Below, piece by piece: positions 1 to 8,539 of a stretch of 64,000 nucleotides of DNA (positions within the stretch are counted from its first letter, which is position 1; each line of letters opens with the position of its first letter). Both the position numbers and the translations under genes were made by a program. The notes under the pieces are model-generated. The model made no database searches, had not been told where the DNA came from, and saw only the letters and a program-made list of their open reading frames with translations. The DNA comes from an uncultured Gammaproteobacteria bacterium (GTDB lineage: Bacteria > Patescibacteriota > Patescibacteriia > Patescibacteriales > UBA12465), in the NCBI GenBank assembly GCA_964639785.1, contig CAZXEE010000001.1:243832-307831 (forward strand). Direction: 5' to 3'.

Positions 1-1
1 C

Positions 2-586
2 CAAGCCATGGTCCAGTCCGGATACAAACCGGGTAAGGATATCTCCTTCGGTATGGATATCGGTTCTTCTGAATTCTATGATGAAGACAAGAAATCATAC
101 TATCTGCCTTTGGATAAGAAGAATTTTTCTGCGGCTGAACTCATGGCAATCTATAGTGATTGGGTCAAGAAATATCCGATCGTTTCCATTGAGGATGGTT
201 TAGCTGAGAATGATTGGGATAATTGGCAGGCTATGACCAAGTCTTTAGGCAAGAAAGTCTTGCTGATCGGCGATGACTTGTTCGTGACCAATGCTGAGCG
301 CTTGAAGACCGGTATCGAGCATCACGCCGCTAATGCTGTCTTAATCAAATTGAACCAGATCGGCACTGTATCCGAAACCATGGCTACTATCAAATTAGCC
401 CGGAAGAATGACTACAAGCTGATGATTTCCCACCGGAGCGGTGAGACAGCCGATGATTTCATTGCTGATTTGTCCGTAGCTGTTTCCGCTGAATTCATTA
501 AGTCTGGATCGTTGGCCCGCAGCGAACGTTTGGCTAAATATAACCGCTTGATGGAGATCGAGTTAGAATTAAATAAGAAATGGTAA
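2..586 (+). CDS. eno: Enolase, C-terminal ~195 aa (5' end outside window)
   Basis: Frame is open to the window edge. ...LNQIGTVSET...SHRSGETADDFIADLSVA...GSLARSERLAKYNRLMEIE matches the conserved enolase C-terminus. Confidence 0.9.
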   Translation, partial: QAMVQSGYKPGKDISFGMDIGSSEFYDEDKKSYYLPLDKKNFSAAELMAIYSDWVKKYPIVSIEDGLAENDWDNWQAMTKSLGKKVLLIGDDLFVTNAERLKTGIEHHAANAVLIKLNQIGTVSETMATIKLARKNDYKLMISHRSGETADDFIADLSVAVSAEFIKSGSLARSERLAKYNRLMEIELELNKKW

Positions 587-587
587 T

Positions 588-1469
588 ATGAATAATATCA
601 AACCATCTTCAGAACCTTCACCCATCAAACCCCTCCGCCGTCCGATAGTCCTTTTGCTTTTAGATGGCTGGGGAGTTTCTGAGACTAGGGATAATAATGC
701 TATCCGTCAGGCGGAGATCCCGAACTTCAAGCATTTAGTAGCCCATTATCCGGCTGCTGTCATTTCCGGTAGTGCCAAGAAAGACAGCGCCAATTACACG
801 ATGATCGGGACCAGCTCGACCGACTTGGGAGCGGATTCCTTGTCCAAGGTGATTTCTTCTTGCCAACTCAAGCAGATCAAGATTGCTGAAACAGAAAAAT
901 TCGCTTTAGTCAGCAGTTTTTTCAATAATAGTGAGGAGCAGTTTAGAGGGGAAGATTATGGTTTGGTACCTTCGGTAGTGAAAGAAGCGGGAGATATCAA
1001 TATCAAGATGGCCACCCCGGAAGTTATCAAGCGCTTGAACAAAGCTTTGAAGAGCGACCGTTATGATTTTATCTTGTTGAGCTTGGCTAATATCGATAAT
1101 GTCAGCCATACCGGTGATTTCAAGAAGACTATCAAGGCGATAGAGTTCGTTGACCAGTCTTTAAAGAAGATAGCCCAGTCCGTTTTGAACCATCATGGCA
1201 TCCTGATCATCACCAGCAGCCATGGTTATGCCGAACAGGTTTTTGATTTGCAAACCGATCTGGCCACTACCGAGAATACCGACAATCCGGTGCCTTTTAT
1301 AATTGTCGGTGATGAATATGCCGGTAAGACTATCGGTTTGGAAGAGGCTCCGGCTAATGATCTGAGCTTGTTGGAACCGATCGGTTCGATCTTGGATATT
1401 TCTCCAACTATTCTGCATCTGATGGGGTTGGATATTCCAGAGGGAATGACCGGAGAGAGCTTGATCTAG
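588..1469 (+). CDS. Cofactor-independent phosphoglycerate mutase (iPGM)-like metalloenzyme, short form without the central transferase domain
   Basis: N-terminus PIVLLLLDGWGVSE..NNAI..AEIPNF and C-terminal part ANIDNVSHTGDF...IITSSHGYAEQ resemble the two halves of the iPGM phosphatase domain. Only 293 aa. ATG lies 1 nt after the eno stop. Confidence 0.55.
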   Translation: MNNIKPSSEPSPIKPLRRPIVLLLLDGWGVSETRDNNAIRQAEIPNFKHLVAHYPAAVISGSAKKDSANYTMIGTSSTDLGADSLSKVISSCQLKQIKIAETEKFALVSSFFNNSEEQFRGEDYGLVPSVVKEAGDINIKMATPEVIKRLNKALKSDRYDFILLSLANIDNVSHTGDFKKTIKAIEFVDQSLKKIAQSVLNHHGILIITSSHGYAEQVFDLQTDLATTENTDNPVPFIIVGDEYAGKTIGLEEAPANDLSLLEPIGSILDISPTILHLMGLDIPEGMTGESLI

Positions 1470-1531
1470 TATTTGACAACCTTTCTGGTTGATGGTATTT
1501 TGGGATTAATAGTTCATAAAAACCATTAATC

Positions 1532-1747
1532 ATGGGATCAAATAGCAATAACAGCCTTTCCCACTTTGAGTTGGAGGGCTATGTCTTGGGATCTTTGGGA
1601 TATGACAAGGATCACAGTTCTGGATATTACCAGAAGATGGAATCATATCTGAAACAAAGGGAAGTCTTCCGACAGAATCATCCGGCTCCTCCAGGGTATG
1701 ATATCTCTCAGGATCTTGACCTGTTGGTACCTTGTTCACCTCACTGA
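1532..1747 (+). CDS. Hypothetical small protein (71 aa)
   Basis: ORF followed by a hairpin plus T-tract. No recognisable motif. An overlapping minus-strand ORF is equally featureless. Confidence 0.25.
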   Translation: MGSNSNNSLSHFELEGYVLGSLGYDKDHSSGYYQKMESYLKQREVFRQNHPAPPGYDISQDLDLLVPCSPH

Positions 1748-1771
1748 ATTATTTTACATCATCCACAAAAA

Positions 1772-1797
1772 GGCTCGGATTAACTGGGCCTTTTTTC
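1772..1797 (+). terminator. Intrinsic terminator-like hairpin
   Basis: GGCTCGG-attaa-CTGGGCC (7 bp including 2 G-U pairs) followed by TTTTTT. Confidence 0.45.
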
Positions 1798-1882
1798 TTT
1801 TTATCCTAAGTTGACATTTCGTCGCTTGTCTGGTTTAATAATATTAAATAACTCTGGAAGTCAAAACAAAAAAACACCGTCT

Positions 1883-2155
1883 ATGGATAATAATTGTACT
1901 TTATTAAACGAAAAAGAACTGGATCTCCATTCTCGTCTTCGGGCTGATATGGGTTTGCCCTCGTTGCCCAAAGAGAAGCTTTCCAAAGTCGAAGTAATTT
2001 ATGAAACCATCAAGAATTATTTTGCGCGGATTACTGAAGACTTTACTTTGAAGTATGGGGATGATGTTAACGGACTTTATCGTAAAATAACCGGACAAGA
2101 TCATCCGAGTTATACTGAGTTCGTTAATTTAACTGGAACTTTTTATGGCACTTGA
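1883..2155 (+). CDS. Hypothetical protein (90 aa from the ATG; the ORF track starts at TTG 1811)
   Basis: ATG at 1883 in the same frame. Followed by a strong hairpin terminator. No recognisable domain. Confidence 0.4.
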   Translation: MDNNCTLLNEKELDLHSRLRADMGLPSLPKEKLSKVEVIYETIKNYFARITEDFTLKYGDDVNGLYRKITGQDHPSYTEFVNLTGTFYGT

Positions 2156-2170
2156 AATCAAATCAACAAA

Positions 2171-2203
2171 AAACCCTGGTTAAGAAACCAGGGTTTTATT
2201 TTT
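2171..2203. terminator. Bidirectional intrinsic terminator between convergent genes
   Basis: AAACCCTGGTT-aaga-AACCAGGGTTT is a perfect 11-bp stem, flanked by an A-run and a T-run. Confidence 0.75.
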
Positions 2204-2214
2204 CTCAAAAGATT

Positions 2215-2688
2215 TTAGTAAAACAAGACGTAGGCCAAGAGACTGACAATAATACCTAGGGCGCTGCCGGCCAAGACTTCTTTCTTAGTGTGGCCGATCT
2301 TTTCCAAGAGGTGAGGATATTTCTGATCGAGAACATTATCATTCTTCAAGTCTTTGACTAGGATGTTCAGGACTTCGCCGTGTTGGCTGAGATAATTACG
2401 GAGGCGCAAGGCATCATTGATGATGACGATGGCGATGACGAAACTGACGGCGAATTCAGCGGAGTATAATCCTTCAACCAGGGCAGTGATAGTCATCAAT
2501 GAAACCATCAAAGCACTGTGGCCGGATGGCATGCCGGCGTAGGTAAAGACGAAGAAATCACGGATTTTGAGTTTTTGTTTCTTCTGCTTGATGGAGATCT
2601 TGATGATCTGGGCTGTCGCCGCGGCGACGAACGGAGTCAGGAGGACTAGGTGGTGGGAGATGAAGGTCTTGATGATGATGGCCGTCAT
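2215..2688 (-). CDS. Divergent PAP2 (YuiD-like) family membrane protein
   Basis: Multi-TM 157-aa protein with the GMPSGHSALMVSL motif typical of the divergent PAP2 family. Confidence 0.7.
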   Translation of the reverse strand: MTAIIIKTFISHHLVLLTPFVAAATAQIIKISIKQKKQKLKIRDFFVFTYAGMPSGHSALMVSLMTITALVEGLYSAEFAVSFVIAIVIINDALRLRNYLSQHGEVLNILVKDLKNDNVLDQKYPHLLEKIGHTKKEVLAGSALGIIVSLLAYVLFY

Positions 2689-2691
2689 AGT

Positions 2692-4713
2692 TTAGATATC
2701 TAAGTTAGTAACATTCTTGGCATGGGTCTGGATGAAGTGTTTGCGCGGAGCAACGTCATCGCCCATCAGCATGTCGAATATTTTGTCAGCCAGAGCGGCG
2801 TCATCGACAGTAACTTGCTTGATGATTCTTTTTTCCGGGTCCATAGTGGTATCCCAAAGCTGTTCCGGGTTCATTTCACCTAAACCTTTGTATCTCTGGA
2901 TGTTTATCTTTGCAGCTTTTTTTCCTTTAGTCTCTGTTTCTTCTCCTTCTTCATTGTTTTCTTCCTCTTCTTCATTTTCGTCTTCGCTCTTTTCGACTAT
3001 CTCCTCAGCGGCTCCGCCTAATGATTTGACGATCTCGATCTTCTCTTCGTCGGAGTAGGCATAATGGACTGAAGTGCCTTTCTTGATCTGATAGAGAGGA
3101 GGCAGGGCGATATAGACATGTCCGCCGGTAATCAATTGCGGGAAGTGGCGGAAGAATAAGGTCAGCAATAAAGTGCTGATATGGGAACCGTCGACATCGG
3201 CATCAGTCATGATGATGATGCGGTGGTATCTTAATTTGCTTAAATCCAATTGGTCATCGATATTGGTACCAAGGGCAATAACCAGGTTCTTGATTTCGTT
3301 GTTAGCTAGCATCTTATCCAGACGAGCCTTTTCCACGTTTAGGATCTTACCTCGCAAAGGCAGGATGGCTTGGAACTTGCGATTCCGTCCTTGCTTGGCG
3401 CTGCCTCCAGCGGAGTCTCCCTCAACGATATACAGTTCGCATTCTTCCGGATGGCGGGAAGAGCAATCGGCTAATTTTCCCGGCAAAGTCATGCCTTCCA
3501 GGGCGCCTTTGCGCAAGATAGTAGCCCGGGCAGTCCGAGCGGCTAATCGAGCCTGGGCCGAGAGGACGCATTTTCCAATGATAGCTTCCGCTTCTTTCGG
3601 GTGTTCTTCTAGGAAGGTGCTGAAAGTCTCGCTGAAGATCTGTTCGACATAGGCTTTTACTTCAGCATTACCCAGCTTAGCCTTGGTCTGGCCTTCGAAT
3701 TGAGGGTCGACGATCTTGACGCTGATAATAGCGGTTAAGCCTTCGCGGACATCTTCACCGGTCAGATTATCATCCTTTTCTTTAACTAGATTATGTTTGC
3801 GGGCATAAGAATTCAGGGTTCTGGTCAGGGCGGTCTTGAAGCCCATCAGATGGGTGCCACCTTCCGGGTTATGGATATTGTTAGCGAAGCAGATTGAAGT
3901 CTCGTTATATTGGTCATTATACTGCAAGGCGATCTCTACCCTGGTGTCATGCATGGTCTTGTCGCAATAGAAGATAGTTTCATTCTTGACTGTCTGGTTG
4001 CGGTGCAGGGCTTTGACATATGATTTGATGCCGCCTTCAAAATAGAATTGGTAGTGCTTCGGAGTGTGGCCGTCACGTTCGTCAATTACATTCATAGTAA
4101 TACCTTTGTTCAGGTATGATTGCTGTCTCAGGCGGTCAAGGATCTTGCCCCAATCGAATTCGGTTTCAGTGAATATGGTGTCATCCGGTTGGAAAGTGAT
4201 GACAGTTCCGGTCTTCTTGCTGACTCCAGTCGGAGTTACCTTTTTTTGAGGGATACCGATTTTGTATTCTTGGGTCCAGATATGGCCATCGCGATGGATT
4301 TCAGCTTTCAAGTATTTACTCAAAGCATTGACGACAGAAACGCCGACGCCATGAAGACCGCCGGAAACCTTATATCCGCCGCCGCCGAATTTTCCGCCGG
4401 CATGAAGTTTGGTTAGAACCGTTTCCAAAGCGGAAACTCCAGTTATCTTATGCTTATCAACCGGGATACCGCGGCCGTTATCTTCTACCTTAACCATGCC
4501 ATTTTTCAGCAGGGTAGTATTTACTTCGGTAGCATAACCGGCCATAGCTTCATCGATACAGTTATCAACCACTTCCCAGATCAAGTGATGTAAGCCGGCT
4601 GACGAGGTGGATCCGATATACATGCCCGGACGGCGTCTGACTGGGTCTAAGCCTTCAAGGACGGTAATGGCATCCGCGCCGTAGTTCGATTTCGTTTTAT
4701 TGTTTTCAGACAT
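2692..4713 (-). CDS. gyrB: DNA gyrase subunit B (673 aa from ATG 4713; ORF track extends to 4791)
   Basis: GLDPVRRRPGMYIGS, HLIWEVVDNCIDEA, GGLHGVGVSVVNALS, ELYIVEGDSAGGSAKQGR, IMTDADVDGSHI and QRYKGLGEMNPEQLW motifs. The MSENNK start fits the usual N-terminus. Confidence 0.95.
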   Translation of the reverse strand: MSENNKTKSNYGADAITVLEGLDPVRRRPGMYIGSTSSAGLHHLIWEVVDNCIDEAMAGYATEVNTTLLKNGMVKVEDNGRGIPVDKHKITGVSALETVLTKLHAGGKFGGGGYKVSGGLHGVGVSVVNALSKYLKAEIHRDGHIWTQEYKIGIPQKKVTPTGVSKKTGTVITFQPDDTIFTETEFDWGKILDRLRQQSYLNKGITMNVIDERDGHTPKHYQFYFEGGIKSYVKALHRNQTVKNETIFYCDKTMHDTRVEIALQYNDQYNETSICFANNIHNPEGGTHLMGFKTALTRTLNSYARKHNLVKEKDDNLTGEDVREGLTAIISVKIVDPQFEGQTKAKLGNAEVKAYVEQIFSETFSTFLEEHPKEAEAIIGKCVLSAQARLAARTARATILRKGALEGMTLPGKLADCSSRHPEECELYIVEGDSAGGSAKQGRNRKFQAILPLRGKILNVEKARLDKMLANNEIKNLVIALGTNIDDQLDLSKLRYHRIIIMTDADVDGSHISTLLLTLFFRHFPQLITGGHVYIALPPLYQIKKGTSVHYAYSDEEKIEIVKSLGGAAEEIVEKSEDENEEEEENNEEGEETETKGKKAAKINIQRYKGLGEMNPEQLWDTTMDPEKRIIKQVTVDDAALADKIFDMLMGDDVAPRKHFIQTHAKNVTNLDI

Positions 4714-4781
4714 ATAAAAATAAAAAAATACACCAGAATTGTGATATTTTCCCTTTAGTTTTATTAATTTTCTATAGTTAT

Positions 4782-4810
4782 ATGATAGCAAAAAAAACTA
4801 GCTTTGACAA
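4782..4810 (-). promoter_or_regulatory. Sigma70-type promoter for gyrB
   Basis: Minus strand reads TTGTCA-N17-TATCAT, about 70 nt upstream of ATG 4713. Confidence 0.5.
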
Positions 4811-4949
4811 GCGAAAGTTTCATTTTTATCAGCTTAATTATTGTTGACTAATCTAATATTTTATGTTTAGATATTGTCATATTATCAATCGATAATATCC
4901 CGAACTATCCGGGCAAGATAGGCGGTCATTTAACAAAAAACAAATTGTC

Positions 4950-5633
4950 ATGGCAAACAAATTCATTGTCACCGGCGAACAGTATTACAGCATTACCGGC
5001 CAGCTGTGGGAAATCCAGCGCCAGCTCCGTCTAAAAGATGGTAGCCCGTTTGATCCCGAATTGGTCAAAACAGCCTTGCAGAATATCATCGATCAACGCT
5101 TTGATAATCAGGCTCCAATTAAACCAGAATATCTAGAACTTATTTCTGGAGGAGAAAAGATGATAATTGAAGCTTCGAATGGCAAGGAAATTATAGGACG
5201 GTCTAAGGATACTTCTAAATCCTATGTCGATTCTAACTTTAAAGATTATGGCTTGGAAAAACCGGGAGCGGCTACTGCCAAGACCCAATTGGACGTTTAT
5301 GAGATAGTAAAAGATGCTACTTTCGTCCAAATGCTCGATTCATTGACTTCGGATTGGAATAAGCTGGTTATGAGCCAGGCGCAAATCATTATTTTCTGCA
5401 AAAAGTACAAGGATTGGATTAGGCATGAGGGACATGGAACTTTTTTCTTAGTAAAGAAAGATGCTAAAAGATCAGCTACGATCAATAATTTGTTTGTGGT
5501 TGATGTGGATATGCATTCCGCCGGTCTGAGTTTTGATTATTTTGCAGAATTGCATTTTCGCGTTTACCATCTTGATTATAGTACCATTTGGCACATTACG
5601 CATCTCTATCAATTCGTGGTTCCGCAGCTTTAA
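4950..5633 (+). CDS. Hypothetical protein (227 aa)
   Basis: Long ORF with ordinary composition. A hairpin plus T-run follows at about 5668-5725. No motif recognised. Confidence 0.5.
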   Translation: MANKFIVTGEQYYSITGQLWEIQRQLRLKDGSPFDPELVKTALQNIIDQRFDNQAPIKPEYLELISGGEKMIIEASNGKEIIGRSKDTSKSYVDSNFKDYGLEKPGAATAKTQLDVYEIVKDATFVQMLDSLTSDWNKLVMSQAQIIIFCKKYKDWIRHEGHGTFFLVKKDAKRSATINNLFVVDVDMHSAGLSFDYFAELHFRVYHLDYSTIWHITHLYQFVVPQL

Positions 5634-5783
5634 TTTTTGCCTTTGTTTTTGTAAGCTCTTTTTTTACCCCACCTCCAGATTTTTTGGACTACTAAAGTTC
5701 TTGAAATCTGGGGGATTTTTTATTTGGAAATATTGTCTGATTAGTGGTACAATGAGAGGGCTATTACAATTAATTTTATTAAT

Positions 5784-6710
5784 ATGAAAATATTAGTGAC
5801 CGGCGGCGCCGGCTTTATCGGTTCTAATCTGGTGGACAAGCTGATAGAGGCTGGACATCAGGTGGTGATCATCGATAACTTGTCTACGGGTTTGAAGGAA
5901 TATATCAATCCTCAGGCTCATTTCTATCAGATCGATATCTCCGCTCCGAAGGTGGAAGAGATCTTCGCTCTTCAGAAATTCGATGCTGTTTTCCATCTGG
6001 CTGCTCAGATCAGCGTGGTGAAATCAGTGGAGAGTCCGGAGTTTGATAACCAGGTTAATGTCTTGGGCGGATTGAATATCTTGTCTTGTTGTCTGAAGCA
6101 TAATGTAAAGAAAATTATTTTCGTCTCGACCGGAGGCGCTTTATATGGCGAGGCGGAAGTGATCCCGACCCCGGAAGATTATCCGACTTATCCTTTGTCA
6201 CCTTATGGCATCCACAAGCTGACCTTTGAGAAATACCTGAATTATTATCATCAAGTTTTCGGCCAGCCCTATACTATCTTGCGCTTAGCTAATGTCTATG
6301 GTCCGCGCCAATACAAGGGCGGGGAATGCGGCGTCGTCTCGGTCTTTATCGATAATGCCGTCAATGGTCGCGAGAGCATCATCAACGGCGATGGTTCGAA
6401 GACGCGCGATTTTGTCTATGTCGGCGATGTCGTCTCGGCCCTCCTGAAAGCGATGGACACCGATTATATCGGCGCTGTCAATATTGGAACTGGAGTCGAG
6501 AAGAGCGTCAGTGATGTCGTCCTGGCAATCGAACTGGCATTGGGCAAGAGCATCTCGAAGAAAAATGGTCCGGCCAAGGCGGGCGAACAGGAAAGGAGCT
6601 GTTTGGACAACCGGAAAGCGAAAGAGATTCTAGGTTGGGAGCCGCAGGTCATGCTGGACGAGGGAATCAAGAAAACAATCGCTTGGTCGAAAGAGAAATT
6701 GGAAAAATAA
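5784..6710 (+). CDS. NAD-dependent sugar epimerase/dehydratase (UDP-glucose 4-epimerase-like SDR)
   Basis: N-terminal Rossmann motif MKILVTGGAGFIGSNLV and catalytic YGIHK (YxxxK). 308 aa. Confidence 0.8.
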   Translation: MKILVTGGAGFIGSNLVDKLIEAGHQVVIIDNLSTGLKEYINPQAHFYQIDISAPKVEEIFALQKFDAVFHLAAQISVVKSVESPEFDNQVNVLGGLNILSCCLKHNVKKIIFVSTGGALYGEAEVIPTPEDYPTYPLSPYGIHKLTFEKYLNYYHQVFGQPYTILRLANVYGPRQYKGGECGVVSVFIDNAVNGRESIINGDGSKTRDFVYVGDVVSALLKAMDTDYIGAVNIGTGVEKSVSDVVLAIELALGKSISKKNGPAKAGEQERSCLDNRKAKEILGWEPQVMLDEGIKKTIAWSKEKLEK

Positions 6711-6727
6711 GTCTGAAAAATAAAAAA

Positions 6728-6752
6728 GGGGACCTTTATTGGTCTCCTTTTT
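6728..6752. terminator. Bidirectional terminator between convergent genes
   Basis: GGGGACC-tttatt-GGTCTCC followed by TTTTT, with an A-run upstream. Confidence 0.6.
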
Positions 6753-6760
6753 CTTTTTAT

Positions 6761-7324
6761 TTAAAGAAATTTTTCCATCTCAAATCTAATCGCAGCCTTC
6801 TGCTTTTCTTCCTTTGGTCCCAGATCATCGATTAATTTCTGCAGGCTCTTGATGGCTGATTCGGTGAACAATGGGGTACTGCCGTAGTTTTCTAAGATAA
6901 AATCCTTGGCTTTTTGGTAGTTTGATTTGTACATCACTTCTTCGTGAATGTATGAGGCATAGAAAGATCCAGCTTTTTCGGGACTGATGATTAGCTTAAT
7001 ATTTCGGCCGATCTTTTGCCAGTGCGGCTTGGGTTCCGGTTTTAATTGATAGACAATTTTTTCAAAATTGAAAGCGACCTTGGCCTCATATGTTAAGTAG
7101 GCGCGGATCGCTTTATCATCGATGAATCCAATCTTATCCGGCGATGCTTCCAGGAAGCGAGGGTAAATAACTTTGAACGGTCTCCTTTGCCAGAACATCC
7201 TTTCAATCTGGAAGACGTCCACGCTCTCTTTTAATCCTTTAGCCTCGATTGATTTTTTGATCAGACAGATGGCCAGGAAGATAATCAAGGCGGAAAACAG
7301 AAGATAGAAGATGAGATTTTCCAT
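6761..7324 (-). CDS. Hypothetical membrane-anchored protein (187 aa)
   Basis: N-terminal hydrophobic helix IFYLLFSALIIFLAICLI. No recognised domain. Confidence 0.5.
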   Translation of the reverse strand: MENLIFYLLFSALIIFLAICLIKKSIEAKGLKESVDVFQIERMFWQRRPFKVIYPRFLEASPDKIGFIDDKAIRAYLTYEAKVAFNFEKIVYQLKPEPKPHWQKIGRNIKLIISPEKAGSFYASYIHEEVMYKSNYQKAKDFILENYGSTPLFTESAIKSLQKLIDDLGPKEEKQKAAIRFEMEKFL

Positions 7325-7456
7325 GTTTTTTGTTTTTTGGGGTGTTAATGTTCAATGATTGGTTTTAGATTATAATAATAGTTCGTTTTAGTCAAGGAGT
7401 GTTTTTGTGTTTATGCGGTTTTATGATATTATTAAATGGACTAAGATATTTTTCAT

Positions 7457-8080
7457 ATGGGCCAACAACTTTCCATCTTTTCTTATCAACCGGAAGAAGC
7501 TCCTAAGGGCTTCTATCTGTTTTTTGATACGGAAACGACCGGCTTGCCGCAGAATTATAATGCGCCCTATAGCGACCTGGATAATTGGCCGCGAGTCGTG
7601 CAATTAGCCTGGGTTTTAGCTGATGTTGAGAAGAAAATATTGGAAGAGAAGTCTTTTATCATCAAGCCGGATGGTTTCAGCATTCCGGCGGCTTCAGCGG
7701 CGGTCCATGGCATTGATGATGTCAAGGCTAATGAGATGGGAATTCCTTTAGTCGAAGCGCTGGATGCCTTTAATAAATCTTTGAAGGAGGCTAATCCGAC
7801 TTTGGTGGCCCATAATATTCTGTTCGATATCAATGTCTTGGGAGCGGAGTTCTTGCGGACCGAGATCCAAACTAATTTTATGGATCTGTCTCAAGTCTGT
7901 ACGATGAAGAGCAGTATTGAGTTTTGCGGCTTGCCGAACCGAAAATTCCCTAAATTAGCCGAACTGCATCGTCGCTTATTCGGTAGTGATTTTGAGAATG
8001 CTCATGACGCCCTGGCTGATGTCCTGGCTTGCTATCGCTGCTTCTTCGAGTTGAAAGCGCGGAAGATTATCGAGGGATAA
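7457..8080 (+). CDS. DEDDh 3'-5' exonuclease (DNA polymerase III epsilon-like)
   Basis: Exo I FFDTETTGLP, Exo II AHNILFDINVL and Exo III HDALADVLA motifs. Confidence 0.8.
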   Translation: MGQQLSIFSYQPEEAPKGFYLFFDTETTGLPQNYNAPYSDLDNWPRVVQLAWVLADVEKKILEEKSFIIKPDGFSIPAASAAVHGIDDVKANEMGIPLVEALDAFNKSLKEANPTLVAHNILFDINVLGAEFLRTEIQTNFMDLSQVCTMKSSIEFCGLPNRKFPKLAELHRRLFGSDFENAHDALADVLACYRCFFELKARKIIEG

Positions 8081-8098
8081 TTTTTTTTCTTTAAACTA

Positions 8099-8127
8099 TT
8101 GGCTCTTTCCTGGTTTTTTGTTATAAT
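8099..8127 (+). promoter_or_regulatory. Sigma70-type promoter of the pilus operon
   Basis: TTGGCT-N17-TATAAT, about 30 nt upstream of ATG 8159. Confidence 0.55.
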
Positions 8128-8158
8128 TAAGATATAAGAATATTATTTATTTTCCTGT

Positions 8159-8539
8159 ATGGCGACAACCGATTCACCTAAGAAAATTTTAATTGCTGAT
8201 GATGAAAAGGCGATTGCGAAGGCTTTGACTTTGAAGCTGACTAACGCCGGCTTTGCGGCTGATGTGGCGGTTAATGGCATTGAAGCGATCGACAAAATCA
8301 AGGCGGCTAAATTCGACTTGATCGTCTTGGATTTGATCATGCCGGAAAAAGATGGCTTTGCGGTTTTGGAATATATGCGTGACAACAAGATCAACACTCC
8401 GGTCTTGGTGGCTTCCAACTTAAGCCAAGAGGATGATTTGAAACGGGCCAAAGAATTGGGGGCGGTAGATTATTTTATCAAGTCAAATGTTTCTCTCCAA
8501 GAAATAATCAATAACATTAAGAAAACATTAAAAGTATGA
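8159..8539 (+). CDS. Single-domain response regulator (REC only, CheY-like)
   Basis: KILIADDE...DLIVLDLIMPEKDGF...PVLVASN...K receiver pattern. 126 aa with no output domain. Stop overlaps the pilB start (ATGA). Confidence 0.85.
   Translation: MATTDSPKKILIADDEKAIAKALTLKLTNAGFAADVAVNGIEAIDKIKAAKFDLIVLDLIMPEKDGFAVLEYMRDNKINTPVLVASNLSQEDDLKRAKELGAVDYFIKSNVSLQEIINNIKKTLKV

Noticed and set aside
2717-4416. Plus-strand ORFs of 61-159 aa (2717-3058, 3173-3652, 4064-4249, 4120-4416) inside gyrB
   Set aside because: They are antisense shadows of a strongly conserved gene. Their composition is Ser/Arg/Leu-rich and low in complexity, they carry no motifs, and they have no independent signals.
8536-8539. 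Possibility of an alternative genetic code (UGA recoding, as in some CPR lineages)
   Set aside because: TGA is the stop of the well-conserved REC gene in the ATGA overlap. The long conserved ORFs contain no in-frame TGA, and tRNA-Trp has the standard CCA anticodon. Code 11 fits.
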